64,000 nt of DNA. Source: Camelus dromedarius. Taxonomy: Eukaryota. This document shows positions 1 to 12,925 of this stretch, piece after piece. The stretch spans positions 42,534,001 to 42,598,000 of the forward strand of contig NC_087447.1 in assembly GCF_036321535.1 (NCBI RefSeq). Reading direction: 5' to 3'. The notes beneath the pieces are model-generated. The model worked only from the letters and a program-made list of their open reading frames with translations. It did no database searches and was not told the origin of the DNA. Made by a program: the position numbers and the translations under genes. Each line of letters begins with the position of its first letter. Positions within the stretch are counted from its first letter, which is position 1.

Positions 1-2850
1 AGGAAGGGGTCTGATACAGTTGATTTGCCACCAAGTGGCCAGTTGGTTTCCTCAAGGAATAGTGCCAAATCTGGAGCTCAGGATTGGTCTCTTTCATGGG
101 CAGATTGGACACTGAGAAGCAGCAGTAGCTGGATTAGCTTTGGTATGTGGGGATCCATGCTGGTGGGCCTATGCCTAGCCTCCATCTCTGTCCTGTGACC
201 AACTCCATTCATGTGCTTATTGTGCCAGTTCCAGGATGGCCAGTGACAAAGTGGCTGAGTCTTAATCTGCTTAGTTCAGTTTTTTTCTGTGGTGGATGCT
301 GTCTGCTGGGTGCTCATGAGTGTGACACCAAAATCTCTATAACTGCCAGCTACTTCTAAATGTCCTTCCGCATGCCTCCTACCCCAAACTTTCTTGTCCC
401 CAGTCCTCCAGACCCTTTCCTTCCAGGCCCCTAACTAAACCGGCTAGACCACTGGCCACTGCCCGGGAATGTATGTGTATCTAGCCTCCTGTGTATTACT
501 CTGCTTCTGTAAGCAGGGGCACCATTTGCAGCTCGTTGGGTCAAGATTTCCCCTTGATCTCCCCGTTGCTTCCCACTGCCTTTCAAGGCAGCTCCTGAAT
601 GTGACTGTCATGCAACCACTGTCCTTTTTGGCTTCCACCCACATACCAAGCTGACCCATCAGCAAACCAAGTGAGGTTACCATTTCCATCTTACAATGAA
701 CTACTGCTGGCTGCACCTGACTTTATGACTTGGTCAGTCTGACAGTTCATAACAGGAAGTTCTTAGTGTATTTTTACTTGATGCTCACAGTCAAGCATTT
801 CATCTAAACCAGGGCCTGGTCACATGCCAAGAGCTGTTTCTCAAGAGGTATATAATTCTTTGCTGTAGATGGCATAATGTTGCTCCAGAATCCCATGGGC
901 CTACTTTGTGATCCTTTCCCTGGGGCTTGCAATGAGCTCTGCATTGCTTCTTTACCCATCATTGACACTGCCAACACTGTAGAGCCAGCAGGAATGTATG
1001 ACCCAAACGACAGGCTATTTGCTAGCAGTCTGGACCTCTTGCAGAGCCCTCTCCTGCTCCAGGCCCCACTCAAAGCTGACACTTTTTGTGTCACAAGAGA
1101 AGAGTTCCTAGGTGTGGAATGGGTGACCTCCAGAGCTCAAAGAGGCCTTTCAAGTGCTGTGTGTCCTTTGTGGCAGAGGATGCAAACGACATCAATCTGT
1201 CTTTTAATTTGAAGGGGATATTTTGGCACACCTGTGACCACTCGACACCTCAAAGCTTCACTGAGGTGGCAGGTCCATAAGTCTTCATAGGGTTTATCAC
1301 CCATCTTCTGGAGCACGTGTGTCTTAAAGTCTCCAATAAACTAGCCACCTCTTGCTTTTCCCACTCAGTCACTATGATGCAGTCAATGTGATGGATCTTT
1401 GTGATACTCTGTGGGACGTCCATATGGTCCAGATCTCTTTGGACTGTATTATGACTGAAGGCAAGAGGCTTAACCTGGTTCTGGGAGAAAAGTGTAAATG
1501 AATATTATTGTCTGTTCCACATGAGTGTGAACTGTTTCTGATCCTCTTGTTCAGGTGGATAGAGAAGACCACATTCACCAATTCAATGGCCTCATACTGA
1601 GTCATATCTGAAGCCTGACTGGTCTGCTCTAGCAAGTGTATCTGGCACAACAATTCCTATTAGGGCTACAACTTGGCTGAACTGTGGTGGCCTACAGTCT
1701 TTCTCCAGGATCCATCTGGTATTCCAGGGTCCAGACCAGTGAATTAAATTGAGTCATAGTAGGAACCACCACCCCTGCATCCTTTAGGTCTTTAGTAGTG
1801 GCATTAATCTCTGCCAGCTTCCTCCCCTACAGATTGTGATATTGTTTTTAAATTTTAATATCTTGGCTAGGAGGGCGTGGGGAGCAATTTTAGACACTTC
1901 TATTTAGTTTCCCCCACTATTGATTTTCCTGATTCCCTGGGCTAAGGACTCAATGTTGGGGTTACTCTAATTGTCAAATGTATCAATTCCAATTATACAC
2001 TTGGGGAACTTGGGTATTACATTTGGGTGGATCTGTTGAACCAGTGGACTGAAATTGTGCTTTAGTCAGTACTCTATTTACTACCCAGCCCTGGAAGTCC
2101 CCACTCTGATAGGGAAGTTAGGGAGAGGCATGATGGTCTCTGTGTGTTAATGTCAGCTCAGATTCTCTGTCCAATAGTCCCTGAAATACCCTTTCCCCTG
2201 TGTATGGTCACCTGGGTAAATGGCCATAGGTTATTTCTAGACTCCTGGAGGAATCTTTATAGTATATACATGTCACTGGGTCTTAGGGACTGGCTTTATC
2301 TTCAGTTGATGGGTTCTGGATCGAAATATTGGCTCAGATCTGGGAACTGAGCAAAGGATCGTGACTTTCTATATAGGTGACCACCCTCTGCTCCTCTGTC
2401 TTTGCCTTCTTCTAGTTGTAGATGTTAAGCAGCTCCCCTGTTGGCTGTTTGGCTGCCATAGACTCATGTTCTATTAACCATCTTCACAAGTCCCTGCTGG
2501 TCAGGCTTCCTTAACTACCTTTCCAACCTTGCAAAGCTTTAAGGGGTGACCTCCTGGCACCTGGAGGTTAAGCTCCACCGCCTGGCCTCTGTTGCTTTGG
2601 GTGCCTCATCATTTCCATGGCGTTTCTGGGCCATCTCTGTGGTTGCCTCTCTGTCAGCCCTGCCCTGCAGGAGAACCGTCACTGACTGTCTTTGTGGAGC
2701 TGGTATCCTCCTCACCGGGGCATTCATGATGCCTTGGGGGATGGTGTTTCCAGCAGGCCCTCTCATGGAACATAACCATCTGGTGGGTCTTCTGACCTCA
2801 GATAATACATCAACTATGCTCCCAGATTCAAGGTTCCCTTGAAGGAGCTC
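1..2850 (-). mobile_element. Decayed ERV-L-class internal region (gag-like/protease/RT/RNase H/integrase), continuing past the left edge
   Basis: Minus-strand motifs occur in pol order: protease-like FQGLLDRESELTL (~2146-2186), RT start AEINATTKDLKDAGVVVP (~1761-1814), degenerate YIDD as IHHIDCIIV (1370-1396), RNase H RPMGFWS...NYIPLEKQLLA (~805-900) and integrase GNQLATWWQINCIRPLP (~1-52). Many stops and frameshifts. Confidence 0.88.
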
Positions 2851-2869
2851 TGAGTGTCACATCTTCATG

Positions 2870-3350
2870 GCCATAAACTAAATACTCTACCTTATAACCT
2901 TCATTTACTGTTAGTTCTATAAGCAACCATATATTTAATGCTCCTCACTAGGCCTTATGTTGATGTTCTTAAGTCACTTGGTTGTCTGATACTTATTCTT
3001 TAATAAATTCCTTAGGAAGTATCCATAGGACTCATTCATATTATTCCCAGAGCTCTTCCATGTTTTACTTGAAGGTCAGTTTTGCTGGATATTAAATCCT
3101 TGGCTCACATTTTCTCTCCTTGGATATCTGAAATACATTACTCTGTCTCTGACATGAGGTGTTACTGTCAAAATTCCAGTGATCATTTTGTTTCTTTTTA
3201 AAGTCACATGATTTTTTTTTTTTTTTGCCTAAATACTTAAAGGATTTTTCCTTTTTCTTTAAAGTTGAGTAATTTTACTAAAATACACCTTGATGTTGGT
3301 TTTTCTAGGTCAGTAATCTCAGGTACCTGGTATGCTCTTCCAGCATGAGA
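2870..3350 (-). mobile_element. Old L1/HAL1 ORF1-like fragment
   Basis: Minus-strand peptide KPTSRCILVKLLNFKEKGKIL resembles the L1 ORF1p C-terminal region. Confidence 0.6.
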
Positions 3351-3619
3351 GGTCTTGGGTAGTTTTCCTTCCACTGTGAACATAACACCCATCTTGGAGG
3401 AAATAGGTGCTCTGACACAAGTCATGCTTTTTGTGGTTTGATTCCAACTTAAAGATTTAGACAACATCTTGACATCTTTGCTGATCAGATACTCCCTTAG
3501 CTCTGTGTGGGGCTGCTGCTGCTCTGCACACTGAGAGAAGGGTCTTGTTCACAGATGGTCCAGTGGGTCGGCATGGTCCAGTCTTCTGGCCTGACCCTTA
3601 AAACAACAGAGGGTATTTT

Positions 3620-4560
3620 CATTCACTTTTCCATTCATTTATCCAACAAATATTTACTGAGTCCCAATTATGTGCCAGCCACCATTCTAGGCACTTAAGA
3701 AGCAATGGTGAGCAAATACTATACAGTAAAGTACATCCCTTCAAAATAATCTAAGGTTAAGGGGAGTGGGTGGGAGTGTAGGGGAAATAAGGTTGGCTGT
3801 GAATTTTTAATTGCTGAAGCTGGGTGAGGTACATGGAAGTTCATTATACCAATTTCTCTACTTCTGTGCATTTGAAACTTCCCATGATAAAAAGATTTAA
3901 ATACATATGTCATTCTTGTCTTTAGGCACTTTGTGGTCTAATGAAGAGATAGATATTAATTTTTAAAAAGCACACAAATGTCAAGTTGCAACTGTGACAA
4001 GTTCTATGAAGATACTCAATGCTATGACAGCCCAGGTGAAGGGATGGGGCCCAGTCAGGGTGGTTAGGAGGACTTCCCTGAGACTGAAGGTTGAAGTTAA
4101 CTGGACAGTTGGGGAGGGAGGGAAGAACCTTTCAGGCAGAGGGATCAACCTTATGCCAAGTGTCTGTGGTGGGGAGGAGCATATAGCACACAGGGCCCAA
4201 AGGTGGGTTTGTGCAGCTGGAGCAGAGGCTGATGGGCAGTGTAGTGGGAATGAGGCTGAGCGATTGCTGGAGCCCAACTGTACTGGGCCATGGAGACCAC
4301 TTTGAGGGAGTTTTGTCTTTACCATTCGAGCCCTGAGAGGTCAGGCAAGGGTTTCCTGGTGGTAAATCTGACACATTCAGATTTGCATTTTGGGGAGGAA
4401 ATTAGTGGCCAAAGGGGAGAGAAGAGCAGCTTGGACTAAGATTGGTGGACTTAGAAGGAAGGGAAGGAGTTTCAGAGTTGCCTCAGAGGCAAGACTGATA
4501 GGACCTGGTGATGGATTGGATATGGGGTGAGGAAGAGTCATCAAGGTTGTCTCCTAGGCC
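3620..4560. mobile_element. L2 fragments, interrupted by an old L1 3' piece at ~3720-3900
   Basis: L2 terminal motif cattcatttatccaacaaatatttactgag...tgtgccag followed by a typical purine-rich L2 body. Confidence 0.65.
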
Positions 4561-5780
4561 ATAGGGGTGCATAGTCCACACTTTAGTTCATACGCAGACG
4601 TGTGCTTTTAGCCAAGTTAAATGTGTAGGGTGGTGTGTACATCTGTGTTCACAGGCTCATTCACCTGCAGGATACCTTCGAGCTGTTTTGAACTTCCTTT
4701 ACTCACACTGACCCTGTAGGAGGTGAGACTGGCTGGGCACAAGAGAATCCTTGGAACTTGAGGTTCCTTCCTGCCCTTTCCCTGACTCTGCTGTTCCTTT
4801 GGGGTGGGGCAGGCCCTGAACACTTCTGTTCAGGCCTGGGTCGCAGTAATCTCAACTTCCGAAAGAGGCTTATTATAGGGTCTGACCTTTAACTTGAGCT
4901 TCATAAGCTGGACAGTTCCAGCAACCTTGGAACTGCAGGATTAATTGCTGAGAGCCTGGTTTTGAGAGCTTGAATGCTGACCCCAGAGCCGGGCCAAGGG
5001 CATCCCTGGACCAAACTCTGTGTCAGCTTTCCATTTGGTTCAGACTCTTGATTCCTGATCTCCTGCTCTGTCCTTAGTAAGTTTTGGCCCAGGGTCAGCA
5101 ATACCGTCTCTACCCTTATGTGCAGTCATGGGCCAGGCAGCTCTTTGAATCCTTATGCTTCACTTGTCCAAAATGTGACTGTTCTCAGTTATGCTACACC
5201 AAAGAACCAAAACACAGACTCCAGTAGGCTCAGGCTTTCCAATAAAGATACCCTTGGCCAAGATGTTGTAAGACTTTGTAACGTCCTGGTTTTGCATTTG
5301 TGACTCTTTATTTTAGTTTTGGCATCTAGCAGCACCTATGGTGAGAGCTGGAATTATGTGACCTCAGCCCACCACTGTAATTCACAGGTTTTATGCAGTT
5401 TGCTAAGCTTAACCCTCTAGCATCATGAGACCACATGGATTTATACAACTTTGTATTAAAAAGCAATCAGAAAGTTGAATTAAATTTGGTGCCTGGTTTT
5501 ATTTGCAACAAATTTCAATTTACTGAATTCACAGTTGTGGGTGATTCTCATGGGTAGTTCTTTATTTAGAATAAGGTTGTTGAACCTCAATGGCAGGCTT
5601 TAATCTGGGAAGGTGAAGCAGCTAAGTTTTAGTCTTAGAATCCTGTGGACCCCACATACCCAGTGCTTTCTTGTTCCTCATTTTCCTTGTATATAAAATG
5701 AGCACCTTAGCCTCATGTTACTGCTGTGTGCTGAAGATAAAAGGGTCTATCAGATAAATGCTTTTTGAAAACAAGTTTGT

Positions 5781-6618
5781 AGCAGTTAAGCAAGAAGATG
5801 AAATAAAAGACATTCATGTTGGAAAGGGGAAGTAAAACTATCTCTAGTTGCAGAGGACATGATCTTGTATACAGAAAATCCTAAGGAGGCTACTAAAAAC
5901 TATTGGGCCTAAAAAATGAGCTTGGCAAGGTTTCAGGATACAAGATCAATATACAAAAATAAATCGTATTTCTCTATAGGAGCAATAAACAAACTGAAAT
6001 TAATAAAACAATTCCATTTATAGTAGTGCCAAAAGAATAAAACATTTGGGAATCCGTAACAAAAGTGTAATACGTATGCATACTCTGAAGACTCCCAAAC
6101 ATCACTGAAGGAAATTAAAGAAGATGTAAATAAATAGGCATGCATGTTCATGGATCAGAAGACTTAATATCGGTAAGATGGCAATACTCCCTAAACTGAT
6201 CTGTGGTTGAATGCAGTTCCTACCAGAATTCCATCTGACTTCACAGAAATTGATAAATGAATCCTAAAATTCATATAGAAATTCAAGGGACCCAGATTAG
6301 CCAAAACAAGGTTGAAAAAGAAGAACAAAGTTGGAAGACTCACAATTCCTAATTTCAGAACTTACTACAAAGCTACAGTAATCAACCCAGTGTGGTACTG
6401 GCATTAGGATAGACCTATAGATCAGTGGAATAGAACTGAATTCAGAAATAAAGTCTCACATTTACAGTCAATTGGTTTTTGAAAGGGGTGCCAAAATAAT
6501 TCAATGGGGAAAGAATAATCTTTTTCAACAAACACTGCTGGACAACTGGATATCCACATACAAAAAAATAAAGTTGGACCCCTACCTAGCACCACATACA
6601 AAAATTAACTCAAAATGG
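5781..6618 (+). mobile_element. L1 ORF2 fragment (decayed RT region)
   Basis: gaagtaaaactatctctagttgcagaggacatgatc (decayed FADD motif) through cacaccatacacaaaaattaactcaaaatgg-like L1 ORF2 sequence; frames are broken. Confidence 0.88.
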
Positions 6619-6849
6619 GTTTCAGGGCAGGTAATGTTCATGTGTAGTTTCTTAGCTGGCCTGTTTCTTCTCTCCAGGGTTTTAATCAAATAGACGTTGA
6701 GCATGAGTTCCATGCTGGTGCCTGTGCTGGCTGTGATGAGAACAGAGAAGTCATACCAGGCTCTCCTTCAGGCAGCCTCCCACACATGCCCATATGATGT
6801 CTTGGTCAAAGGCAGAGTCCAAGGACACAGTGACAATAATGATGGTGAT

Positions 6850-7015
6850 AGTGATGATCGCTAACATTATGGAGTCCTAACTCTGAGCCACGCACCATTT
6901 CAAATACTTTACGAGTATCGCTCAAATGTTATTATCCCCAATTTCACAGATGAGGAAAACTGAGGCATAAGTGAGTTGGACTAACTTGCCACACAGCTGA
7001 TAAGTAGCAGAGCTG
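6850..7015. mobile_element. MIR SINE
   Basis: MIR core attatccccaatttcacagatgaggaaaactgaggc...aacttgcc. Confidence 0.8.
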
Positions 7016-8944
7016 CTGAGAGAGAGGCTCTCAGGGAAGGCTTCCAGGGGAAGGGGCTGTACCTGTGCCAGGCCTGGGCAGGTGTCATGGTCAGCTGGGG
7101 CGGCAGGGTCCTCACCTTGACTGCATTGGCAGTATGTCTCCTTGGGGTCCTGTTGCTGACCAGCCCATTCTGGGCTCAGCAGCCCCGTGGAACTCTGGGC
7201 CTGCTGTGGCCTCCACACCCCAACCACCCTAATGAGCATCTCCTCAGCCTGGCATGGAGCAGGAGCTTGCAGGTAGTTACTGGGGTCCTGGGACTTGACA
7301 TTTATGCTTGCTCATGGCCTGAACTCCAAACATCCATGGTGCTTCTCTTACTGAAAATAATTTAATTACAAAAGCAATACAGAGTCATTACAGAAAATGC
7401 ATAGCAATTAGACATGTATTGGAAAGACAAACAGAAGAACCAGCTCTGGCTGCTCGTTCATGCTGGAGGAGGTGACTATTTAAAGACTGCTTGAAGGTCT
7501 TTTGGATATTAAAGGTGAAGATACTCCTGCTGGAAAAAGCACGTTCCATGAGGGACGTCTCATACTCTGCACAGGGAAACGAAGGACCTGAAGCATTTGG
7601 TGTTTTGATGGAAGGTGAGGCTCCGGAGTGGGGCCCTGGGGCAGAAGCGAGGGTATCCAGAGAGACCCAGCCACCTGTCCATTGAGAATCCCCCAGAAGC
7701 AGGGTCAGCCAGGACACACTGGAACAGGAATGCTCCTGCTGATTTTAAGTCGTCTACTGCACTATGCAGAGCTATAGCCCCTCAGCAGTGCCTCGGGTAA
7801 GATATTCTTTGGAGAAATCAAGGAAAAGGGACAGTGTTCCATATTTGTGTTAACTTGGGACAGAGAGAGGGGAACAGCTGCAGAAAGTGGGATGCCAGGG
7901 AAACCCAGAGTGGCAGGAAGAGGAAATCAAAGTAAACATGTGAACTAGGCATCTGGAAATTTGCACCAGTGTTGGAGGAGGGCATTGGAATTTGTGTATG
8001 TATATATATATTTGCATATGGATATATATATTTGCTTACATATAATTATAGTTGCTATATGCTTTCCCTAGTATATAGGATAAAAGTTTCAGCCATTTTT
8101 ATTTAAATGTTAACGGGTGATCCTATGAGACTGGAAAACTGGGGGATACAGAGATGGCTTGAGCTACAAGATAAACAAATGGAGGAAAATAAAAATTCCT
8201 CCACTCATCACCATGTAAAGAGAGTAACTCCAAACATTTTGGTGTATGTACCTTCAGACTATTTTCTATGCATTTGTATACTTCTGTATCTAAATTTTAA
8301 AGTAGGATATAATGTGCACATCATTTTGAAGTCTGCTTTTTCCACTTAACATGGTATTATGAGCATCCTTCCATTTCAGTAAATATTCATCTTGGCATCA
8401 CTTCTAGGAGCTGTGTAGTATCTTGTATGGAGATACCAGACCCACCTGATCACACAACCAAATCTTAATGTTTTTATTTCAGCTGTGTCATGAAAGTTAG
8501 ACATGTTCATAGTTTGAAGAGTCAAATATTCTATAAAACTTGCTATGAAAAATAACAGTCCCTGACCCACTTTCCCTCTCAGCCCAGGAGCAAAGGCAAC
8601 CACTTTCACCTCCTATTCAGCTAATTATTTGGGTATTTGCTCCTGTGCCTCTAAACAACTGCCTAGAATTGCTACTTGTTGATTTTTCATCGTAGGTATT
8701 GTTTCTTCATTGCTTGCTATGGAAATTAAAGATTTACCTCATTTTCCTCCTATATTCCCAGGACACATACACATCTCCTTATTCTCATGTCCTGATATAG
8801 TGATATGGTAGTTTCGGTTAGATCAACACGTAGAGTTTACATTATTATGGTTATGTAAACACTGTTGACGGCTTCGTGGTGTTGTAAAATATGATGGATT
8901 GTCCTTTCCTCCATAAATGTTCTTGCCTCTCGAGTTGTTTTGTG

Positions 8945-9190
8945 TTGCAGGTTGGGGTTTCCAGAAAGCAAACTGAGATGGATCTTAGTGTGTAGGATGT
9001 TTGTTAGGGAGTGCCCTGAGCATCAACACCTGTGCATAGAGGGAAAGCAGATGGACTGAGGATTTGGGAGAGAGAGGTCAGACTGCCATGCAGGCTGATC
9101 ACAGCCTTGACTGATGCCCTGGGAGCTTTGAATCCACAGTGGAACTTCGGAATGGTCCCTGCAGTGTTTGTTCCCTTGCATTAATCACTA
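8945..9190. mobile_element. MaLR (MLT1-type) LTR fragment within older L1/HAL1-like sequence
   Basis: ggggtttccagaaagcaaactgagatgg...tttgttagggagtgccctgagcatcaacacctgtg resembles the end of an MLT1 LTR. Confidence 0.5.
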
Positions 9191-10277
9191 ATTTAATGCC
9201 AAATCTTTGGCCACTTGTCAAAATCTCCTCTCAATGCATTAGTCTGTACCAGATATTCAATGCATTCCTATCTTCTTAAATAAGTCTCTCCTGAACCCTT
9301 GGACTGGGCTGGACTGGTGGCTCCTGGGGTGGCTGTCGTCCTGGGCTCTCCTTTCACCAGCACCCCGGGCTTCAGGGAGTCCCTTTGTATAGAGGTTCTG
9401 GTCACTGGACTTTCCTGTACTGGATATTGTGTTTTCTTGTATTCCATGCCTTCTTCTTTCTTTGTTTACTCCTTTGTTTTAGTGGAGCATATCTTCCAGT
9501 AACATCCATACTATTGAAAGTACAGTAGTGGGTTATATATTTTTTGAGATCTTACTTAAATGAAAATGTTGTTATTCTGTTCTTACAGATTCCTGGTTTG
9601 GAAAAATATAGACTTCTGGCTTGGAAATACTTTTCCTCAATTTTAAACGCATTGCCTTATGCCTTCTAGCTTCCAGCCTCACTACTGACAAGTCCAAAAT
9701 TACTCCGCTTTTTTCTTGTTTTTGTATGAGACCTGCTTTTCTCTTTTGGAAGCTCGTGGATTCTTTTTTGTTTCTGATGATAAAATTTGCCTACGTGTGT
9801 GTGCGTATTTTCTTTCCATTGTAGGCACTTGAGGGGCCCTTACAATTCATTTGGAAATTCATGGGCTTCATTCCCAGGAAATGTTCTTAAATTATTCCTT
9901 GGATGTTTTCCTCTCCTTTTTCTGTTTTCTTTTTCTGGAATGTCTATTATTGACACACTGTATATTCTGTACCTCATCTTACCACTCACTCATTTTCCAT
10001 CTTTTTGTTTTTATTTTTGGAAGATTTCCTCCATTGTGTTATCTAGCACTTTTCTAGTGAGTTTTAAAAAAAATGAAACCTGACACATAAAAAGCATAGT
10101 GCACAAGTCACAAGCGTGCATTTAGCTCAGTGACTCATCAGAAACTGAAAATACTTGCATGACTCCCACTCAGGCCAAAGACTAAATTGTTACCATTACC
10201 TGCAACCTCTCATTCATCACCACTCCCCACCTCCTGTCCAAAAATCACTATCTTAACTTCTAACACCATAAATCAAT

Positions 10278-10870
10278 TTTGTTTTCAAGCTTTAGTGTGC
10301 ATCAGAATCACCTGGAGGATTTTGGGTTTGTGCTCCTTTTTTTTCGTATTAAGTTGTATGAGCTGTTTTATATATTATATAATTAAGCCCTTGTCAGTTA
10401 CATCCTTTGCAAACATTTTCTCCCATTCTGTAGGTTGTCTTCTTGTTTTGCTTATGGTTTCCTTTGCTGTGCGAAAGCTTGTAAGTTTAATTAGGTCCCG
10501 TTTGTTTATTTTTGCTTTTATTTCTATTGCCTGGGTAGACTGCCCCAGGAGAACATTCCTAAGATTTATGTCAGAGAATGTTTGGCCTATGTTTTCTTCT
10601 GGGAGGTTTATCATGTCTTGTCTTATGTTTAAGTCTTTAAGCCATTTTGAGTTTACTTTTGTGTATGGTGTGAGGGAGTGTTCTAACTTCACTGATTTAC
10701 ATGCGGCTGTCCAACTTTCCCAACATCACTTGCTGAAGAGACTGTCTTTTCTCCATTGTATATTCTTGCCTCCTTTGTCGAAGACTAATTGTAGTAGGTC
10801 TATGTTGGAGCCCAAGAATTTTTATTTCTAGCAAGTAACCAAGTGCTGCTGATGCTGCTGAGAACTACTG
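10278..10870. mobile_element. MER5A (hAT-Charlie MITE) split by an L1 fragment
   Basis: Left part tttagtgtgcatcagaatcacctggagg (to ~10318); right part agtaggtc...cccaagaatt...gatgctgctgagaactactg (10793-10870). Confidence 0.78.
10319..10791 (-). mobile_element. Relatively young L1 ORF2 internal fragment
   Basis: Open minus-strand ORF MKLEHSLTPYTKVNSKWLKDLNIRQD...KTRRQPTEWEKMFA, a typical L1 ORF2p C-terminal region. Confidence 0.92.
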
Positions 10871-10919
10871 GTCCATTCTTTAACTGAAAACAAATGGAAT
10901 GATACAGTGTGTCATCTTT

Positions 10920-11717
10920 ATTTTTATTTTTAAAATTTTTAAATTGACATATAGTTGATTTACAATGTTGTGTTAGTTTCTGGTGTATAGGATAGTGATT
11001 CAGTTATACATACATATGTATATATATTCTTGTTCATTATAGGTTATTACAAGCTATTGAATATAGTTCCCTGTACTGTATAGTAAGTCCTTGTTGTTTA
11101 TCTAATTTATATATAGTAGTTTATATTTGCTAATCCTAAACTCCTAATTTATCCCTCCCCCCTTCCACTTTGGTAACCATAAGTTTGTTTTCTATCTCTG
11201 TGAGTCTGTTTTGTAAACAAGTTCATTTGTGTCATTTAAAAATAAATTTTTTAATGGAGTTACTGGGGATTGAACCTAGGACCTCGTGCATGCTAAGCAG
11301 GTACTCTACTGCTGAGCTATGCCCTCCCCAATTAGGTTTACTTTATTTTTTTTCATTTGTGTCTTTTTTAAGATTTCACATATAAATGATATATGATATT
11401 TGTCTTGCTCTATCTGACTTACTTAGTATGATAATCTCTAGGTCCATCCATACTGTTGCAAATGGCATTATTTCATTCTTTTTTATGGCTGAGTAGTATT
11501 CTGTTGTATAAATATACAACAACTTCTTTATCCAGTCATCTGTTAATGGACGTTTAGGTTGCTTCGTGCCTTGGCTATAGTAAATAGTGCTGCTATGAAC
11601 ATTGGGGTACGTGTATCTTTTTGAATTAGAGTTTTTGTCTTTTCTGGATATATGCCCAGGAGTGGGATTGCTGAATCATATGGTAACTCTATTTTTAGTT
11701 TTGTAAGGAATCTCCAT
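10920..11717 (-). mobile_element. L1 3' end (ORF2 end + 3'UTR), 5'-truncated, carrying a SINE insertion
   Basis: T-rich tail at left, then tagttgatttacaatgttgtgttagtttctggtg ... gtatgataatctctaggtccatcc ... tatatgcccaggagtgggattgctg. Same family as the copies at 44610-45200 and 51430-51645. Confidence 0.88.
11240..11329 (-). mobile_element. tRNA-Ala-derived SINE (Vic-1-like, camelid)
   Basis: Reverse complement reads GGGAGGGCATAGCTCAGCAGTAGAGTACCTGCTTAGCATGCACGAGGTCCTAGGTTCAATCCCCAG with A and B boxes. Flanking direct repeat ttcatttgtgtc at 11222-11233 and 11352-11363. Confidence 0.85.
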
Positions 11718-11719
11718 GC

Positions 11720-11979
11720 TCAGTATGTTCTCTTTGGTGTATGGTTTCTTCTGTTCAACATGACCTTTGTGAGATTTAGCTTTTTTAAAAAATGTAGCTG
11801 AAGTTCATTCATTTTTAACTACTCAGTAGTATGACTGTACTGTAAAGTATGAAGTCATTTATCCATTCTGCTGTTGATGGTCATTTGGGCTATTCCCAGT
11901 GTTTGGTTTTTCTAAATAATGGTGCTAAGAACATTACCATAGAGTCTTTTGGTGAAAATGTGCATACATTTCTGCTGAG

Positions 11980-12011
<32 letters not shown>

Positions 12012-12925
12012 GGAGAGGTATTACTGGTAGGCAGCATGTGTCAAGATCTTTTCCAAAGCAGTTCTTTCCATTTTTACTCCCACCAACAGGGTATGTGTTC
12101 TGTTCTTGCTCTGTACCCTACACAACACTTGGCACCATCAATCTTTTTACTTTTAGCCATCCTGGTAGGAGTGCAATGGTATCTCATTGTGGTTTTAATT
12201 TGCATTTTCATAATGGCTGATGATATTCATTACTTTTTCATAAGTGTATTGGCTACTTGGATATCTTTTTGGATGAAGTACCCACTCAAGTTTCTGGCTC
12301 ATTTTTCTATTGATTTATCTATCTTTTTCTTATTGACTTGTAATGATTTTTTACATATTCTGGATATGACTATTAGTTGGTAATATATATTGTAATAATT
12401 TCTTCTATTCTGTGGTTTACCTTTACTCTGTTAATGGTGAATTTTGATAAATATAAATTTTTGAGTTTTGTGTGTGTGTTGAGAGCACCTGAAATCTACT
12501 TTTAAAAGCAAATGTCTATATGTGCAGTCAAGTAGTAACAATTCTACCTAATGGAACTGAAAAATGAAAAAAAAAAAAAGCAAAGAAAAAAAAGCAAATG
12601 TCCAATATGTAACAGAGTGTTGTTAACAATAGTCATCATGCAGTACATTAGATCTCTTCACCTATTCATCCTACATAACAGTAACTTTGTACTCTTTGAC
12701 CAACATCTCCTCATTTCTCCCATGTCCCTGCCCTTGCTAACCACCCTTTACTCATTCAGCTTTTTTAGATTCCACATGTAAGTAAGATCATGCAGTATTT
12801 TTCTATCTGTATCTGGTTCTAAGTGAAACCAGATACAGATTTGTCTTCCAGATTTATCAATGTTATCACAAATGGCAGGATCTCCTTGTTTCTTAAGTCT
12901 GAATAATGTTCTATTTTACATATAT
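11720..12925 (-). mobile_element. Old L1 3' fragments (at least two), containing (TA)n at 11980-12008
   Basis: Typical antisense L1 text: tccattctgctgttgatggtcatttggg, gtatctcattgtggttttaatttgcattt, ttttagattccacatgtaagtaagatcatgcagtattt. Confidence 0.8.

Noticed and set aside
10187..10831. 214-aa hydrophobic + strand ORF
   Set aside because: It is the antisense reading of an L1 ORF2 fragment plus flanking repeats.
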